From positions 6,014,001-6,078,000 of the forward strand of contig NC_087248.1 in NCBI RefSeq assembly GCF_037042905.1: DNA of 64,000 bases, read 5' to 3'. Under the pieces are notes generated by a model. That model was not told the origin of the DNA, ran no database searches, and saw only the letters and a program-made list of their open reading frames with translations. Below are positions 50,701 through 64,000 of the stretch, piece by piece (position 1 is the first letter of the stretch; each line of letters starts with the position of its first letter). This DNA comes from Lytechinus pictus (Eukaryota). The position numbers were made by a program, and so were the translations under genes.

Positions 50701-53700
50701 CCGCTTATCATGATTGATTCTAGTTAAGGGTTAATGAATAAATAGAAGAAAGGAAAAGCTATAATCAAGCTTGGTTTTTTTTATTACACTTTTGTGGGAT
50801 ATGAATTTAAAAATCCCGCATTATTAATCCGAAAGATTTGAGCACCTTGGAAATGAAGCCATGAAATGATCAAATTTCTATCAAATTTGCTTTATGTCCT
50901 AATGAAATTTATCTATAAACCAAGTGATATCAATAGCAATACTAATTTGAACTCATTATAGGCATATGCATAATTCCTCCATTTATGAATTGAGAAGTTT
51001 TCTCTTTTAAAAAAGAACTGTTTTGACGACATATGTGCATAACGGTTTAGTGATTGTGATAACTTTATTTTCAGGCAAAATGCCAAGTAATTAGGCAAAG
51101 TTCATATTCACATCAGTGTACTGTCATATCCTCTTAGCGGCCACACGTTCTTAATGAAAACTCTTGAAAATCCTGTCCTTACTGGCCCTATGGTAATATA
51201 TGATAATAACAAACATGATTAGTGACCTTTTATTTTTTATCTATGTTCTCTCATAAATCATAGATCTTCCAAGCATCCTTAGCGGTGACACACTTGCCTT
51301 CATAGATCCACATGAGCGTCACTTTGGAAAGGGCGAAACAGGAACAAAACTGAGTGTGACCGAACATGCAGACACTTTTAATTCGCCAGACTTCGTTGAT
51401 CAATTCACACCATACAACACCATATTCCAAGAAAGCACTTACACCATGAATTGTGGGGAACCATACGACGGAACTTTGTTCCGATTCCCAATACGGCAAG
51501 AAGGAAGCACTCTCTGTGAGAATGAGTATGATGACGCTGCTATGGAACGCCTCCTTGAATCCTTCATTGATGATGCTGATGTTGTACTTTTATTTCTTCG
51601 ATCACTGGAGACAATCGACATCAGCAGAAGGCTTAATCGAGGTCAAACCCAAATCCGATCAAGAGCAGAGATATGCCCCATATCCCTTGAGGATATGAAA
51701 TCCAAGCGAAGAGGGTTCTCCCGAGCATTAGAAGAGAACGGCAAGATGGAAATTAGACAGAGAGCGAGAGCCTCTTTAACCCATCAGCTCACGTTGACAG
51801 TGGAGGTTGCAGAGTCGAAACGTCGAATGGATTGGATCGTGAGTCAGGTTGTTGGAGGAAAAGAGATGCCAGACAATTTGATGAGTATCGCTGACAAAAA
51901 CGGATACCTACCTTGGGTCGGTGTTGCTATGCCTTACAACTTGCCCCGGAAAAAACGAGATGGTTTCCGTGGACGAGTGTTCTGTTTCCTCCCTTTACCT
52001 CCTGGTGATGAGAGTTTGACTGGACTTCCGGTTCACATTCACGGGTTCTTCGGGGTTAACAGTGATAGAAGATCAATCAAGTGGCCTGGTGCTGATCGGA
52101 TTCAAGGAGATGTTGATGCGAGATGGAACTTCCTACTGGTGACGAAACTGATGCCAGATGCATACATGGATATGCTGATGTTTGCAATTAGAGAGCAGAA
52201 GTTGTCTCCTGATGAAATCTACAGATCTTGGCCCGACCCCGATAAGGTCAGACCAGAGTGGAAACGGCTTCTCAAACCAATATTCCAATTGCTAATCAAG
52301 CTCCCTGTTATCTATACAACCGTTGACAACGAAACAGGTCTATGGGTTAAGATTGAGGATGCTGTCTTCAACTTTATGACAGGTGAGGACAAAAATACCG
52401 AACGAATCCTGTTGAATGTCCTCAAGGCTGCCAAGATCCCTGTTGCTGAGGTACCAGAACACATCAAGAAAGCCATCAAAAGTAAAGAATACGTCAACTT
52501 CAATGCCAAAGTGATTTCACCCGAGATTATCATCGATTGTATTCATAAGAGCCAGCATGGAGTCTTGGAGACCCTGAGCAGTGATGACAAAATGTCGCTA
52601 TTGGAGTACATCATGATGAAGACAAAGACCCCTCGACTTATTGGTCTAAGGCTCCTTCCGTTGGCAAACGGTGATTTCGCCCAATTTTCAACTAGATCAG
52701 CATCAACTCCCTCTGTCTTCATACCCACGAGAGAACTTGACAAGAGCCTTTGCTACAACATGGGTAACAGGCTTATCCTGCCTAACATCAACGAGAACTT
52801 GCATAAACTCCTACAAAAAGCCGGTGAGAAGTGTTTATATTTTAAATCAAGTATGTACTTATGACATGTTTTCCAGCTCTTGTTTGCACATTAAATTTTT
52901 TTTTTTATCATAATGAATTGTTTCTTAGTAGTGTATTGCATGATTCAATTTCAATCTATCTTTTATCAGCAGTTTTAATTTTAATTTCCTAGATATTGAG
53001 TAAATTAGAATTTCCTTTTCAAATACGTATATTATTTAATCGGAACTTTGATCATATTTCAATATGCTTTTCATTATGACTTGATATCTACCCGTTGTAC
53101 ATCCTTATGATTCATCGGAATTACTATAATTATTTTTGTTTTACCTTTGTGTGATTTTATTTCAGGAAGCAAATTTCAACTATACTATTTTTTTCCAATG
53201 TTCTTTTGATTCTTAGCCGGGCATGGATCCGTCCAATTGCAAATGATGTCAGATAAAAACCTAGCTCGGCTGATTCGGGACACCCTGCCAAAAGAATGGT
53301 TCTCGTCAAACCGAAGTAGCACTCTACTCTGGCATCCTGGCAAAGGAAACCAACCTCCACGAGAATGGCTGCATGGGATCTGGAATTTTCTGAATACAAT
53401 TCAACGTAAGTCAATTGGTATATATGAAGGACTTCCATTGATACAGGTTGAAGAGAAGCAATCAGGCGAAGTTGTCCTTACTTTCCTTAAACGGAACGCA
53501 ACTAATATCTGCCAGAACTATGGTTCAGATAAACTTGATCGGAAAGAGAATTTGGTTCTTACCAAAATTGGCCTTGTCGTCTGTTCTTGTCCTCCATTCA
53601 TAGATACTGCTCGACTTATAGGGGAGGGTTACCTCAGAAGTCCAACAAGAAAGGGTGTAATTGGTGCGTTGACAGCCGTACAAAATGGGAAATCGCTACA

Positions 53701-56700
53701 AAAGACTGTCGAGAATCTTCCAAAGGAAGAAAGACGGTTACTAGTGAGGTTGTGCACCAACTGTTCTCTCACTGATGCAGAGAGAAATGTTCTTGCTCAC
53801 ATACCCTTCTTCGACACAATACCAAGAAGCCCATTTATCAGAAGTAAAGTTATGTCTGCAGGTGATGAACGTGTTTTCTTTTGCAGAATGTCTTCAGACC
53901 AACTGCCGAACTTTCATCTTCCAGATTATGACTTGATTTGTTGCCTTGACAATGCAATTCTGAATTTCATTTCCAATCTAGGAATGAAAGAAAAAGAAAG
54001 GAAGGATTGGTTGAAAGACATTGTAAATACTATTTGCAATGGTAGTCAAGACAGGGCAGCTCTCCAGGAAGTAGGGCTATGGATATTGCATGATTTGAAA
54101 GCTATCAAAAGAGATATTGGCAGTCACCTGTTGAAGCTGAAGTCGTGTGACTTTATTCTTACCCGTGCAAATGGGCTCAAATCACCCGAATGTTTATTTG
54201 ATCCAGAAGACCGGCATGTATCTGCACTATTTGGCAATGGATTCTTCCCATCTGGAAGGTATGTGAACGAAGGCCTCTTGGGATCATTACGGGAGCTTGG
54301 TCTTCGTCATAAAAGTAGTGTCAAAGCAAATGAATTAGGCAAGTTGGCTGAAGAAATAACTAAGGAGAGCAATGCTAATAAGGCAGGCATCTTGATGTCT
54401 CTCTTGGGAGAATATCCTGACAAGCTTAAAGAGCCCGTTGCCAGTGAGAGTGGCCTGACACTGCAGCAGTTCTTGGCTGACAAAAAATGCATTCCATGTC
54501 TTCAAGAGAGCCCAGAATTCTATCCTCAAGACATTCCATGGCACAGGTCTAAGGGAGAGAAAATGATCAGTCCGGGCGAAACAGTTATGTCTAACAAAGT
54601 TAACATTCTCGCCTCTGGTGCAACCACACCATTTCCGAAAGAAGGAATTCCAAAAACCCTACTACGTAGTCTAGGAGTGAAACAGCATGCTAACATCACA
54701 TCAATCATTCAACAAATAGCCGCTGTTTCAAAGTCTCTTGGAGGAGTCGAAGCTTCTGATAAATCAACGAAACTGGATAAAATGGTTCATGCTATTTACA
54801 CCTTGCTATCAAGGACGGATAGGAATGAGCAAGTGATACCCCGACTGACATCAACCTTACCTGCATGCATTTGGACTGGCACACAGTTTGTGGATATTCA
54901 TCGGGCAGTATTATCGAGCGAAGTGGACGATTTCCATCCCTACATTTATTCAATACCAAAAGAGTTCAGGGAAAAATATCAAAATTTGTTCCTAACTCTG
55001 GGGGTCCAGACGAGCATATCCCTTCAGCAAATTCATGACACCATCATGCAGATACATAAGCTCGAGCCTAAACTTGGTTCTGTGACAGAACGGATGAATT
55101 TCTGCATAGAAAACAAGCGTGTTGTGCTAAAGGCGCTCAGACTCCTCCATAAAATCTGCGAAGGTAACCATTGTAGGTATCCACCAAATACCTTGGTACC
55201 AACGAGTAACGAAAACTCTTTGGAATTAGTTAAACCTGGCGATTGTGTTTATGAAGATGGCAGCAGTCGCGGAGATTCTGACGAAGTTCAGGATAAGCTG
55301 AAGGAAGACAAAACTTTCATCGTCGATGGGTCATTGCCTATAGCCATTATTCGATCTTTGGGGATTCCACCCCTTAGTCGAAAGATTCTTGCACCTGAGG
55401 ATTTGATAGGTATAGAACAAGCAGGCCAGTATGAACCACTCACCACAAGACTGAAGAATATCATTAAGGATGGCTATCTGGAGAGTTCAATACCAAAAGA
55501 AATGATTCAAAATGCTGAAGATGCAGGGGCAACTAAGGTACATTTCATGTTAGACCTTCGGGAAAATTCTGAAGTGTGTTCAAGTTTGTTTGACAAAGGT
55601 ATGACTGATTGTCAAGGGCCAGCACTGTGGGTATTCAATGATGCATGTTTCTCACCCGACGACTTTCAGAACATCACTAAGCTTGGTGGTGCGACTAAGG
55701 AACTTGACACATCCAAAATCGGGCGTTTTGGGCTTGGTTTCAACTCCGTTTATCATTTAACAGATGTTCCCAGCTTCCTGAGTAGAGAATACTTGCAGAT
55801 TTTCGATCCACATACAGTACATCTTGGTTCCATGCTACGAAGCAAAGAAAGCCCGGGGATCAGGATAAAGCTACAAGGAAACAACGCAATATCTATGTAT
55901 AGAGACCAGTTTGCACCATATGAAGGTGTTTTCAATTGTTGTCTGCAAGAGAATGATGGCAATGTATATTATGATGGTACACTTTTCCGGTTGCCTCTAC
56001 GATCAAGACATGCAGCACTGAATAGTGAGATCTCTGGTCAACATTACGATGAACATAAATGTAAATCACTACTCGTGGATCTTTGGCGTTCTTCAGAAGA
56101 TTTATTGGTGTTTACCAAAAACGTCCGTGAAGTCAAAACATTTGTGCTTCCTTCTAACGCAAAGCAGCCATCTGAATCAAGTCCACTGTTCGAAATTGGA
56201 AAAGAGCCTGTTGCTGGTCGTGATATAATAGCAGAATTTATGCAGAGTAAAGGGGATGCAAGAAAACAGAAACAGATCAAACCTTTGATCCAAGAAGAAT
56301 GTGTTGTGCGAAGCTTAACTCCGTTCGGAAAGCAATATCTCAAGATTCACGAAAAACCAAGAAAGCATGAGCTGATGTCAGTCACAAGCGTCGGAACAAC
56401 ATCAGCATACAAAATGTGGCAAACATCACAAGGGCAGAAAACAGGATTGGCACCTGTAGGTGGTGTGGCAGTGAAATTACCTCTGTCTGATAAGCTAGAC
56501 GGTAAACTCTACAATGGCTTGCCACTCGCAGTTCCACATAGCCACCTTCCTTGCCATTGTAATGGATTCTTTGCAATCTCAGCAGACCGTCGGAATTTAT
56601 GGAAGCCCGCGGCCGACTCAGATTTTAACTACTTTATGAAATGGAATGAAGCTGTCTTTGAAGATGTCATATCACCAGCCTACATGACTCTGTTGACAAA

Positions 56701-59700
56701 TGATAGGTTTCGCTATCAGGTCTCAAAAATGCCGTCAAATATACGCATTTCAGGAGTGAATAGTTCACCAACTAACTTCTACACGCTGTGGCCGAAGGAC
56801 AAAAACATTCCCAAGGGCAGTGATGGCTATGCTATGGTTAAGGGGTTCTACAAAAGATTGGTTGTCTCTGATTCACTTAGCCCAAATATATTTTGGGAAG
56901 GAGAAAAGACGTGGGCATTCAAGGAGGCTATGTTTGTTGATCCAGTTCTTCATGAAATCCCGCACATCGGTGTAGCAGTAAAGACGGTTCTTCAAATGCA
57001 ACACACGAAGCGAAGTGTTACAGAGATGCCAACGGAGATACGACTAAACCTAGAAAGGATGGGATACGGGGAACAACTGAGAAAACAAACCTGTACCGAG
57101 CGCGATTTCTTCCTGACATACTTTCTTCCCAAGATATCCATATTTCCATCCGAAGTTCGAGAACCCCTTATTCACTACTGTTTGCAGAACACTGACTTGC
57201 GAGAGACTCTGAAAACCATATCATGCATCCCTACTTCTCCAGACGGTAAGATCTTGAAGAGGCCTGGAGAATTGATACATCCTCATGGAAAGGCAGGCAA
57301 CCTTTTTACGAACGACGACGGACGGTTTCCCCATGGTTCCTTTGCAAATTGGGACTGTTTGCATATTCTGGTGCATTTAGGGATGGTACAAGATGATATA
57401 TCTGACATGGACTTCATCAAATGTGCACAGAAATTAGCGGGGGAACCTATTCACCATGAGTATGATCGCATACTAGTTGACTACCTTACCTACAGATTGA
57501 AGTCAGAGGAGTGTTCATGGGCAAAGGACCAATCACTTCGGAACAAAATGAGTAAGGTTGCTTTCCTTCCTGTCACCTACATGAATTCCTCTATGAGAAA
57601 AGCATCATGCGATACCATATTTGTGCCCGAAAGACTGGCATTGGTCAGCGACGTGTACCCGGTTCTAGACGAAAGCAACATCAGATTTCCATTTCAGGTT
57701 AAGAGATTTCTTGGTATTGTTCATGAACCAAAGGTAGGTGTCGTACTCCAACAACTCAACTCCATCATCTGCAGACCTGAAATTTGTGGAAACCTTCTTT
57801 GTCGAGACATCTATGAATACCTCGATGCACGACTAAAAAAGGAAGAAAACATACCCGAGATTCGAAAATTCTTTCAAACAAAAGAGTGTCTGTTGGTTGG
57901 CAAAACGTTCAGGAGTAGCGATCAACTGGCACTTGACTTTGAGGAAGAGTCGGTTGGATCTTACCTCTTTCGGTTACCCAGCAATTTGCGTAGCTTCGAC
58001 ACCCTTCTAACAAACGCTGGCATAAGAATCCGATTTTCAACAAATGACTTTGTGTCTACTCTGAAGCATATCAATGACACAACTTCTGGAAAGCTAGATC
58101 ATAGTGCATTCGAAGAAGTTATGAAACTAATAAAATGCTTGGTAAATGCTGCATCGACTTACCCCATGGAAATGCAAGAGGTTTCTCCAAATGATATTTA
58201 TGTTCCAGATACCAACGGCTACCTCCGAACTGCTGATAAACTCTCTTTCTGTGACGTAGACTGGATTTCAGTGCCAGATGGTGTGATCAAAGCTCACGGT
58301 GATATCCCCCTACCTTGGGCGAGGAAACTTGGAGTGAGAGATATTCGACAACACATCCTTGAAAGCTATTCTGTGCCTGTGCCTGGTCTTAACAAAATTC
58401 GATCGGAGAATCTATTGCAATTTGGGCAACGAGAACCCCTAACAGAGAGAATAAAGAACATCCTCAAAGGATACCCATGCGATGATACAATACTCAAAGA
58501 ACTTGTGCAGAATGCAGATGATTCATGTGCTACTGAAGTGCACTTAGTTCTTGATCTCCGTACCCACCCTAAAGACCGACTCTTTAAAGATGAAATGTCT
58601 CATCTGCAAGGTCCTGCTATCTGTGTATACAACAATAAGGCATTTACTGATGGTGACATCGAGGGGATTCAGCGACTAGGAGTTGGTGGCAAAAGAGACT
58701 TATCCTCAAAAGTTGGAAGATTTGGTGTAGGTTTCAATGCGGTCTATCATCTAACAGACTGTCCTAGCTTTTACACAAACGGCGATACGCTGGGAATGTT
58801 TGATCCAAATGTCGCATATGTACCTAATGCTACCCAAGAGTATCCAGGCTTTATGGTAAAACCAACTGGTAAACTGACGGACGACTTTCCAAACGTTTTC
58901 AACTGTTATCTGCCTGATTTCTTTGACATAAAGGATTCAACCATGTTCCGATTGCCACTGAGAACGGAATTCATGGCAAAACTATCGAAAATCTCTCCTG
59001 AGGCACACGAACCCGATAGTATAAAGCCACTGATCCAGAAATTCAAGGAAGGTTTACCAGAATTGCTCCTTTTCCTGAGCCATGTTAAAAAGGTCAGCAT
59101 ATCCACTATTGATGAAAGCGGAAATATGATTGGAACGTCTAGTGTTCATGTAAGCATATCGGAATCTGAACAACATGAATTAGATACATTTCTTACGACA
59201 ATATCCACTGAAGAAATTGATCCAGTGACTGGAGCCGCAAAGTCTCTTAGAGACATTCCAGTGACGAAAGTGCATTATGATATCAGAGTGACTGTAACAG
59301 AACAGCGAGCCAAAGACGTGAAAACCCAAACCATTCAAACGGAGGACTGGTTAATTTGTCAACAACATGGCTTTGAAAATACAAATGACGTCCCAGATAC
59401 TCTGTTAGAGTCATATAACAGCGGATATCTTCATGTCTTGCCATTGGGTGGAGTTGCTGTGCCATTGGGCAACCAACAGGCTCCAGCGAAAGCATATAGC
59501 TTCCTCCCCCTTCCCATAGAAACGGGTCTCCCTGTCCACGTCAATGGATCTATTGAGTTAGATGAACGTAGACGAGACATTTGGAGAGCATGCGACGACA
59601 CCAGAGCACAGTGGAATCGTCAGCTCATGAAGAAAATCGTGTCACATGCATATGTCAAGGCGCTTTGCAGTCTTCAGGATAAAATCATGGCTCGCATTGA

Positions 59701-62700
59701 AGAAGCAAAGGATACGTTAGCAATGCAAGACATCGTATCGTCATATAACGCGATTCTACCTACAGTAGCTGAAAATAGGTTCTGGGAAGAAGTTATTACA
59801 CACGTTTATAGAATAATTGCTGATTGTGCCCAACCAATGTTTCCCTCGATAGTGCGAAGTGTATCTGACAAAAGAGAAGGCGAATGCATCATTGGGGTCA
59901 ATGAAGTTGATACTTTAGAATGGAGGACCCCAAATTCAGAATCTCAGAGACCAGGATACTTTGATTCTCCAATCTCAGAAAATCCGTGCTTTAGATCGAT
60001 TGTAACAGATCTTGGATTTCCTCTAATTGAATGCCCTTGTGAAGTACAGGCAATGTATTCAGATAGCTTGGAGGAGAACAGAAGAGGGGATATCCTTGAG
60101 GTCACGCCTGCTAGTTTGATCAATCATCTCTCGAGTAATGTAGTAGAAGACGTAGGGCTGAGTCCAATACAATTACCGAAACCAATTTCTGACACAGTGA
60201 TACAAGACACATGTACATTGCAAGCCATTCTGGAGTATTGTTCACAATATGAAGACTTCAAAGACAATACTGAGGCCCTCCCTCTTTTATTAACATCAGA
60301 TGGACTTCTAAGAACGTTCGCAACTGAAAGACCTGTATACAGTACCGAGTTTGACTACCTCTTTTCATCCAGCAGTAGCAATTTCCTGGATAAATCGATA
60401 AGGAATTATTTCAGCGAAGATTTCGATGTTATCTCTCATTTTGACATATCCAGTGTTGCTGATTTCTTGAGGAATGAGTTATGTCCTACAAAATTCAATT
60501 GCAACCAGTATATTCAGTGGGATAAATCTGAACCGACACAAGAATGGATCAGCGGCCTATGGGAATGTCTCGCTGCATGCACAAGTCGCGATGACGGGTT
60601 GCAGTGCCTTTCGACATGGAACATTGTGCCTTGCCGCAAGAAGGAAGCTACAGGTGTAGTTTACCACCTAGTTCCACTGTCAAAAGCTACCTCTGTGGTG
60701 AATAAGCTAAGTGGCATGTCTAACATATTTACTGCTTTGAGTTCTTTAGGAGTTTCTGAGGTTGATCATTTTTATAACCATCCAGAAGCAGAACAACTCA
60801 TAACCAGGTTGGTCGCCCACGAAGATAAACCAGATACAATGGTTGCAGTGCTTGACCACGTCATTCAGACAAATCCTAGTCAGTTCGATCAATTGACATC
60901 CGATCAACGCGACCACATCTTACAGTACATAACGACACACATGCCAGAGAGATTGATGAAAAATGGTGACAACAGAAAGATCATCAAAGATCTACCATGC
61001 TATAAACAATTAGACGGGGCTTACATTTCACTATCACAGTCACCAATCGTATATGTGATAAAGGGAAATCTATCCTGTGAAGAGATGCTGAAGTGGATGG
61101 CGGAATACAATGCCACTTTCCTACGTGAAGACTACGGCTTGAAAGAACTATTCAAGGCAGTAGGGTGTATTTTTGTATCTGAATGTGAGGCCCTCTTCAA
61201 GTTCATCTTCCCAAAATTCGACCTGTTGTCGTCAGAGACACGACTGCAATACCTCGAAACCCTCTCAAAGCATAAGCGCACAATGGAAGTGGGTGGTGAG
61301 CACTGTATGAAGCTCCAAAGCTTTCAGCTACTGGAAAACAGCGCCGGAGTATTGAGACGTGGCAGGGATTTCTTCGACCAAGGAAACAGAGTGTTCCAAG
61401 AAATGCTCTCTGAGAATAAATTTCCATCGAAAGAAATCATAGACAAGCTCGGCCATTCTTTCGTGCTTAAATTCGGAGTGCAATGTAAAGTCACAGCAGA
61501 CATGTTTCTTGAGTATGCAAACGAACTATCGATGAATCTGGGGAAAGAAAAAAAGGAAAGAAAAAAACTTGCTGAGCAATCAAAGACACTCGTAAACGAA
61601 CTCTTTCGAAATTGCACTCTTCACACGGATGTATCATTTCTGAAAAGGATCAAACTCATTGACTTCATCGTCACTGACGCCCCAGAATTGTCTTTGGCGA
61701 AACTGCACGCCTACCATATGGACATAAATATGGGGGTAAGATTCGATTCATCCAGTGTACATGAGAATAAGGAACTTGTGTGGTGCTCAATGCGGCTTCT
61801 ACCAGAATATATTTCAAGCATAGAGTCCCACTGTCACTGTCACCGTTCGAAAGATTTCATACTAGAAAAATTAGGTGTAGTAAACAAACCAGTGATCGAA
61901 AGTGTCATTGAGAATACAAGAAAGATGTGTTGTAACGTCCATGATCAAGAGATAAGAGACTTTCAGGTGTTAAGCAAGGTCATGAAGACAGCTTACCATT
62001 ACTTCAATTCAGCTTGTGATCGTCATCAGGAGAATCATCGCTGTGGAGATCGCACTGATAGATGCAGAGCGTGTCAAATGATGAGCGACAAACTGTCAGA
62101 CGTACCATGCGTAGTCATTCAAACTGTACCTCCTCTTGTCAAACCTGACTCAGTATGCCGTCTTTCTTGTGGGGATCTGTTCCAGCCTCATCTGTACCAG
62201 TTGCCTGATAGTTTGATCCCATTCAGCAAGTTCTTGTACTGCCTTGGATCCACTCCGACACCGTCGTTTCGTCAGTTAGCCAAAGTGCTTAATGGTCTCG
62301 CAAGTCACAGTACTAAAGAAGTGAAAAACCCAAACATGCTTCAAGCAATCATGAGTGCTTCTAAACTTTTCCTCCAGGAGATCGAGTCCTTGACATCAGG
62401 TGCCACACTGAAAACGTTGCAAGCTGACTTGGAAGATATTCAGATTGTTCATCTTCCTGGTTCTTCGAAGGGACAATTGTTGCCCTCAACAGAAATCTTC
62501 ATCAAGGATAATACCGATCACACCAAACGCCTTGTCCGATCTCATGTACCATTTATGCCGGATGAACTTACAAAGCTGTTTAAAAATGCCCAGTCATTGA
62601 TAGATTCATTTCCACAACATCTCAGACCCCGATCCCTAAAGGCCTGTGTGATCGAGAGGGTGGGTACATCAGCAAGGCCTTGCTTGTACCAGCAGAATGG

Positions 62701-64000
62701 CCAGTGTAAATTTGGAACCAGACTAAATGGCATCATTAAGTCATTGGAATTTTCTGAAGCAGTTAAACGTTTGATCGAAGAAGGGTGTGATACAGGAATC
62801 GATGCTGATCACGAAGGTATTGCTAAACTTCACAGTCTACAACTGCAGTGCATGGCGGAGCTACCCACTTTCTTATTCATTGACGGGATGAAGATTGAAG
62901 GTAGTTTAGCAAACCCTGCCACCTGCATGAATACTGAGGATGGTGCATGCATAAAAGTTACACATACTGAGGACAATGAGCGCTCAGCATACATAGAAGT
63001 AGTGAAGGGTGTTGCCCAAGCTGTGGTGCAACACGTAGGTGGGATTGATCTAAAGCATTGTCGTTCCTGATAGACATGTTGTCTGCTGATTCCTCACGTG
63101 AGATTCCAAAACTCCTTCGTAATTACAAGCTGATCAGACCAAACGAACAAACTGAAGATCATGACGAAGGAATTGCCCCACCGAAACTGGGCTCCAGGAT
63201 CCCTACTGACATCTTGCATTTGCTCGAGCAAAATCTTTATCTCAGGTTCATAAAGGGGGAGTATGTGGCGTATCAGCTCGACAACGACCTTGGAGAGCAC
63301 GTCGTTCCTATCCACATCTACGCTCAAGTACTAGATATTCCTGAAAACCTTCTATCACCTCTTCGCAACAAATATCTTATTGACGTAGGGGCGGAAGATC
63401 CTCTTTGGGTTAGTGGATTGAACCTATTCAAATTCTTGATACCAGATGAGCCTGTTGAAACAGGCATGTCAATAATAGTGTATTGCCATCCATCCGATGG
63501 ACATGGACCTGAAGACCCCGCCTCAAGACAGACCCCGCCTACAACAGATGTTCCTCAGACAGAGGTTCCACCAAAACCTCAGCCGTATCCAGATAACATC
63601 GATGAAGCAAAAGAAGAGGTTTCTAATCAACTGGAAGAAATCTGGGAACTTGATGAAGAAGAACGGAAGAAAGCGATCAGGAGAATGTACTTGAGATGGC
63701 ATCCAGACAAACATCCAGAAGAAAGGAAGATATTCGCTACTGAAGTCTTCAAACATTTGCAAAATGAAATCGAGCGCCTGAAGGCGGGAAGAAAGCGCAC
63801 TGGAAAAGCTGGGAATACTGGTAAAAGTAGCTCAAGTGATCCGAGGGGCGGTGGCAGTTTCTTCGATGATGATTTCTTTGAATTTATGAGAAATTGGGCG
63901 AGAGAGGAAGGGAGGAGGAGAGAATCATACCAGAGGAACTTTAGAGAAAGCGGATATTTTGGAAATTCAAGATCAAGACATTGTCCTCCATCATTTGATG
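47728..64000 (+). CDS. SACS: Sacsin-like protein, 5' exon not identified, runs off the window; exons 47728-47810, 49375-49633, 51264-52823, 53217->64000 (one-base frameshift at ~63052)
   Basis: Spliced N-terminus [27 protein letters not shown]|[11 protein letters not shown]...[16 protein letters not shown]|DLPSILSG. Two more HATPase-like sacsin repeats in the giant exon ([27 protein letters not shown]; [27 protein letters not shown]). J domain [12 protein letters not shown] (HPD at 63700-63708) lies in the shifted frame. Alternative in-phase donor at 52850. Confidence 0.9.
47834..48990. mobile_element. Non-autonomous hAT-like element in a sacsin intron
   Basis: TIR cagtggcgta / tacgccactg, degenerate 8-bp flanks (tatattta/tgtatata), internal repeats of agctcgcgcttcgcgctcgc. 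Confidence 0.7.

Overview
AT-rich animal genomic scaffold with N-gaps, many MITEs/SINEs and microsatellites. It is most likely a sea urchin, inferred from the centrocin-like peptides and repeat types. Gene content from left to right: (1) an Ig-domain cluster at 3.6-10 kb, with two paralogous intronless secreted/anchored Ig-like genes flanking a decayed intronless multi-Ig receptor pseudogene; (2) two head-to-head, three-coding-exon genes at 15.5-24.9 kb, not assembled by the ORF track, that encode centrocin-like heterodimeric antimicrobial peptide precursors (signal, acidic pro-region, cationic NWFKKAFN heavy chain with one Cys, acidic linker, amidatable light chain with one Cys), one of them with a heavy chain expanded by 33-nt/11-residue Trp-initiated repeats; (3) a four-exon CD225/dispanin (IFITM/PRRT-like) gene on the minus strand whose middle exons are bracketed by an inverted pair of ~1-kb repeat elements; (4) a sacsin-like gene with three HATPase-like repeats and a giant exon, whose J domain is reached only across a one-base frameshift. 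A short SINE with an apparently 7SL-derived (Alu-like) head lies at 14.4-14.6 kb. All gene models were built by hand from splice signals and reading frames; none was checked against a database.
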